DNA from: Paramoeba atlantica
Taxonomy: Eukaryota > Protista > Discosea
Direction of reading: 5' to 3'
DNA: 64,000 nucleotides
Assembly: GCA_977017575.1 (NCBI GenBank)
Contig: CDRNVI010000157.1
Coordinates: 1 to 64,000, forward strand
Shown here: positions 59,502 through 64,000 of the stretch, one piece after another
Position numbering within the stretch: the stretch's first letter is position 1
Layout: each line of letters begins with the position of its first letter
Position numbers and translations under genes: made by a program
The notes under the pieces: model-generated
What the model saw: only the letters and a program-made list of their open reading frames with translations
Told to the model about the DNA's origin: nothing
Database searches by the model: none

Positions 59502-60215
59502 TTATCTTAATATCACGAGCTTGGTATTCGATACATCAATGCGTTTCTTTAACCGCGGATGGAGCTCACTCGCAACTACTGTACCTTCCAGAAGCGCATT
59601 GTTATCTAATGCAAGGGCATCTAGATTCTCTGGAAGGAGCGATAGGTCCACCATTCCTTCGAATTCGTTTCCAGACAAGTACAAGGATTCAAGAGTGCGC
59701 GGGAGTGCTCCCAAATCTAATTTTCCTGTTAAGAAATTATCACTAACGTCAAGATGTACCAGATCGACGGGCAATTGTGTAAGGCATATATCACCAGACA
59801 ATTCGTTTCTTTCCATCCATACGGCATCCGAGAGCTTCGGCAGTCTGGTAAGATCCGGATTGCCTGTAAATTTGTTCACACCTAGATAGAAAGCAGACAA
59901 ATTTACTAATGGGAAAAGGTCACATGGGAGGAGTTCCCCAGATATACTGTTGCGTTCAATATTGAGTTCCACAATGGACATTGGAAGGTATGCAAACTTC
60001 ATGGATCCACTCAATTTTTGACGGTTCCACCTTATTTCAGTAACTTTCTCCTCTGAATTGCACTTGATGCCTTTCCATTTGCAAGCGGAAATGTCTGAAC
60101 TCCAGCTCTCATGACGTGAGTGCAAACCACTAATGAGCCGCTCAAGATCCATTTCTTGCGGTACATTTACTGCACGAACTTTCGATGGGCGCGTGGATGG
60201 CGCTTGAGAATCCAT
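59502..60215 (-). CDS. LRR protein, paralogue of 37232-37960
   Basis: Same N-cap and repeat count. Confidence 0.9.
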   Translation of the reverse strand: MDSQAPSTRPSKVRAVNVPQEMDLERLISGLHSRHESWSSDISACKWKGIKCNSEEKVTEIRWNRQKLSGSMKFAYLPMSIVELNIERNSISGELLPCDLFPLVNLSAFYLGVNKFTGNPDLTRLPKLSDAVWMERNELSGDICLTQLPVDLVHLDVSDNFLTGKLDLGALPRTLESLYLSGNEFEGMVDLSLLPENLDALALDNNALLEGTVVASELHPRLKKRIDVSNTKLVILR

Positions 60216-61418
60216 TGCACGTAAGTTAGATAAAATGCTAAGGGTAGTTTTTGGCAGTATAAACCAACTTCGAACGAAATTTGTTCTCTTTCGTTTTACA
60301 ACGGAATAGATTCTTTATTATTTTTGTGATTCTAGGAATAGCAAATTATGGAGTAAAGGTGAGGTACGTCTATTGTTGGCAATCATATATTGTTGACATT
60401 TGATCAATCTTGATTTTTTTTACCCAAAGCCATGTATGATGAATAAACTCCTGGAATCTGCTAAGGTCAAAATTGAAGAATGATTTCTCAAGTTATGGTG
60501 TCTCACGCAGCAAACTGCATATTTCAGGAAAACTTGGTATAACACTATCCGTAGCACCACTATCCGGGGTGTGACCGGGGAAAAAAGTGTACCTTTGTGC
60601 TCGAAAGCCCGAAAGATAAAATCGCTTTAAATTAAGTGTAATAGAAAAAAATCACACTCGAAGTTGGTACTAAGTGATCTACAGTACATGTATCTACAGT
60701 ACATGTATTCGCTCGTGAGTTACATGTAACTCACATGTATCCGCTTGTGACCGTTTTTTTCGACTTTTTCGAGTTTTTTCGAGTGAGTCATAAAAGTAGT
60801 CTAAGTTGTTTTGATTGCCAACAATAGATGATTTTATTGCCGTTCCATCTATTGTTGATTAAGGGGGATATTGTATCATCTATTGTTGGCAATCGGCTAT
60901 TGTTGGCCAAAAAAAGTTGCCAACAATAGACGAGCCCCCCCTTTATGTACTCCCCCTCTCATTAATTTTTATAAATGGATTTCGAGTCATAAAAATTCGT
61001 TTTATGCGCTCTCATTAATTTTTATAAATCAAACAAATTCAACTATTCTTTTTAAATTTTATTTCGAAGCAAACAAAAATCACTCTTTTGTTCTACTGAA
61101 AATGAATTACTTCATGGGCGTAGATGGTCGTCCTTCACAGCGGTTTCTTTCAGAGAAGAGAAAGTGGTTGATTTCTGTGGTGGACAATAACGGTAGGAAA
61201 ATTACGATAAATATATCGTTTTCGTGCATGTATGGGCGTTCTCATCGCAACATGCTTGGAGTACCAAGGATGTTTCAAATAAGCCATGAAAAGTATCATG
61301 ATAATATCGTTTTTGTAAAGAAGCAACTTTCTCTAAAAGTCGGATGCAAACTCGATACCGAGAAGTAAGGTCAGAACCTCCTCGTAGTCTTCCCTGGAAT
61401 TACCATCTCACCCCATCA

Positions 61419-61487
61419 GCACATTTATAATGCATATTAAGGCACATTTATAATGCATATAGCACATTCATAATGCATATTGCACAA
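61419..61487. repeat. Three copies of GCACATT(T/C)ATAATGCATAT, same family as 966-1095
   Basis: Direct reading. Confidence 0.8.
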
Positions 61488-61640
61488 AAAAATTCCAACA
61501 GGCGAACTAACCGAAAAATTCATTTAGCCAGGGATGCAAAGGGGTTTCACCTTTGCTCCCGGTGAGGCCCCGGAGTTGCGAGAGGCCTCCATACCCCACA
61601 ACTACCACCTTCCCCCCTATTTAGCGGGGGTCGCGTGAGC

Positions 61641-61900
61641 ATTGAACAATCGGTTCAATGTGAAATCCAGTCTTAACATCCCAGACGGGAGAGCAGTAAG
61701 GTCCGGCGTCCCCGTGAGTTCATTTTGGTAAATCCTAAGCTCTTCAACGTGGAGCGGAAATGCAGTAAGGCATACCTCAAGGAAAACTGATTTCGGGTGA
61801 GATTTACTATTTTCAGTGTTCTGGGAAGCGATTCCAATTCTACGGGGGCGAAAACGTGGTTGTTTTCTAAGATCTAGGTGTGTAGTTTAGGGATCAATGC
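61641..61900 (-). pseudogene. Decayed LRR gene fragment
   Basis: ELESLPRTLKIVNLTRNQFS|EVCLTAFPLHVEELRIYQNELTGTPDLTALPSGM, with a stop and a frameshift. Confidence 0.75.
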
Positions 61901-62445
61901 ATGCAAAGGTAATTTTTGTTGTACGTTATTGAAATTTAAGTCAAGCAATTGTAGACTACAGGGAAAGTAAGAAAAATCTAATTTCCCATGCAGATTCAGT
62001 TCGTCCCAATCAAAAGACTAATCTATTTTGCATATATGATGGTGTGCATCATATTTGACACCATGCCAAGTACACTAGTGCTGCGACAGGCTCCAGGACG
62101 AATGCTAACATTCGACGTTTTCTAAGACTTTCTCTAATTTGTAGTCTTGTGGAAGAACAGCATGACTTACTTTAGCGGGCCGAGACCTGCTAATCATTCC
62201 CAAGGAATCTGTCAAAGAAAGTTAGCCTTATTTGAAAGATCGTTGAGTTCTATACAGCTTATAGTAGAGTTGGGAAATTATAGTCTGATTCGCGTTTGGC
62301 GAGTGTGCGAACAGAAAATAGCTGCTCAAAGGTACTCCTGTAAAAGACTTTGACTTTGTAAAATAGTTAGTAAAAAAAACTAGCAACTAAATTCGGTCAC
62401 TTTGAAGGCTACAGCATAAATACGCTACTTCTCCCTCTATCGCTA

Positions 62446-63352
62446 ATTGCGGTGGTTGTAAAACTACCGCTCTACACTCGATTATTGAAAAAAAAGTGAA
62501 CAAAAACAGTGAAAATATAAAGGGGAACACAGTAATATAATAGAAGAAAAAAATATAAAAGGGGGCTCCGGTGGTCCAAAACTGAAAAAAAAAATTGAAA
62601 AAAATGGGGGGTCCATGGGGGGGTCCAGGGGGGGGGTCCAGGGGGGGGGTCCAGGGGGGGGGGGCATGGTCGAGCAAATTTTTTCGAAAAAATTAGTTTT
62701 CAAAAAAAAACCGCAGAAAGGGTAGCCGGGGTCTTGGCGCGCATTTTCCACCCCCCTACCCGGGGGTGACCCCCCCGCGTATCCGCAGGACGGGTCCGCC
62801 AAGTTCGGATTTTTTCGGAAAAAAATTTTTGAAAAAAATTTCAACTTGGCGAAAAAAATGACAAAAAAAATATTTTTCCAAAATCGTTTCCCCTATTGTA
62901 TTTTGATAGTTTGGGACCTACACTAGCTTTCTACGCAGTTGTTTTCGCAAGGTATCACTTCTTCGAACCGTGGTGCGCCCCTCGAAATGACCCATTTTTG
63001 ACTAAAAAAGGTGAAAAAGTATTTTTCGGACCTAAAGGGGCATTTTTGTGTCGAAAGAATGGTATGGTTGGAGTCGCATTCTCTACCCAATACGTTCGGT
63101 AGGCTTTCATTCATGCCTGCGAGTGATTTCCCACGCGCAAATGTCGGATTTAGTGCTCTGAGAGCAAAAATATGCGAAAATGACCCCATTTGTACCCGAA
63201 ATTCGGCTATTTTTGGCTATAATCTTTCCGTTTTCCATGCTAAATTTTCTTTTTTAGGCTCTTCGTTAAACGCGGCGGTAGTTTTCAACGCGAAGCGCGC
63301 AGCATGAGTGACTTCTAAGTTGAAAGCAACCACCGCGTTTAACGAAGAGCCT
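62446..63352. mobile_element. Complete copy of the hairpin-ended non-autonomous element (~0.9 kb)
   Basis: Left end ATTGCGGTGGTTGTAAAACTACCGC is self-complementary. The right end has a ~33-bp inverted repeat (63256-63289 / 63319-63352). Central G-rich VNTR, no ORF. Confidence 0.85.
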
Positions 63353-63466
63353 AAAAAAGAAAATTTTAATAATCATCTAAAAAAATATTATTGTGCATGG
63401 TGAAAACTCTAAATTATCGAAAACTCTAAATTGTCAGCCTGTTTTCACGTAGGCAATATTTTCTAA

Positions 63467-63810
63467 AATTTTCTTGAGGCGAAAGCGACTTTTTCGCCAA
63501 AAGCAATCTATTTAAGCAAAGATAAAGAATAAATAACAAAAGTAAATAAATAAGGTTCTAAGATGTTTTTAAAGACCATTAACAATGATAATGATATTGA
63601 GACTCAGAAAATTATTATCATTCTTGAAGTTTATGGCAATTTTCTTGAGACGAAAGCGACTTTTTCGCCAAAAGCAATCTATTTTTAAACAAAGATAAAG
63701 AATAAATGACAAAGGTAAATAAATAAAGTTCTAAGATGTTTTTAAAGACCATTAACAATGATAATGATAATGATAATCAGAAAATTATTATCGTTCTCGA
63801 AGTTTATGGC
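63467..63810. repeat. Tandem duplication, 2 x ~172 bp, AT-rich
   Basis: 63467-63637 is near-identical to 63638-63810. Confidence 0.9.
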
Positions 63811-63906
63811 ATTGAAGTTTATGACATAGATCTCTTGAACGGAGGCTTGTATCTGCCGGGAAATGTTGTGTAAGATCATCAACAATCGTTTACAATAGTA
63901 GCAATA

Positions 63907-64000
63907 TTAATAACCCCACCCAAGGTTCATCAAGTTTTCTATATCACATCGACTTAACGGGCCATTGCTAACAATGATTTGAGTTCCGTTAACGTCATAA
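63907..64000 (-). CDS. Probable 3' end of another LRR gene entering from the right edge
   Basis: YDVNGTQIIVSNGPLSR..GWGY* resembles YTVARTKITVSNG at the C-terminus of the 20162/30061 proteins. Confidence 0.4.
   Translation of the reverse strand, partial: YDVNGTQIIVSNGPLSRCDIENLMNLGWGY

Noticed and set aside
2740-60215. Dedicated LRR diversification machinery (DGR, cassette assembly, invertase)
   Set aside because: No reverse transcriptase, recombinase, template/variable repeat pair or array of partial LRR cassettes is visible in this window. Only duplication and point divergence are supported.
1-64000. Bacterial, phage or giant-virus origin
   Set aside because: Low coding density, nested eukaryotic TE superfamilies, microsatellites, and no operons, core viral genes or prokaryotic housekeeping genes.

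Overview
This is 64 kb of intron-less, transposon-dense eukaryotic DNA. The only recurring host-like genes are a family of small leucine-rich-repeat (LRR) proteins: 11 intact ORFs, one single-frameshift copy, one decayed fragment and probably one cut by the right edge. All lie on the minus strand. Between them is a nested set of class II elements: Tc1/IS630-like (one intact, DD32E), pogo/DDE_1-like (one intact, DD33D with an AT-hook; one relic carrying a Ulp1/C48 protease-like domain), two hAT relics with TSDs, a Merlin/IS1595-like relic, an IS30-like relic, several TA-flanked MITEs, and a hairpin-ended non-autonomous family with a G-rich VNTR. Same-strand intron-less genes plus several sequences resembling the kinetoplastid spliced leader suggest a kinetoplastid (possibly Perkinsela/prokinetoplastid-like) source; that assignment is inference. 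The most interesting signals are (1) LRR paralogues that differ mainly at exposed beta-strand positions, (2) spliced-leader-like motifs in the 3' parts of unrelated DNA transposons, (3) the pogo-Ulp1 element and (4) the IS30-like relic. All alignments and counts were done by eye and need computational confirmation.
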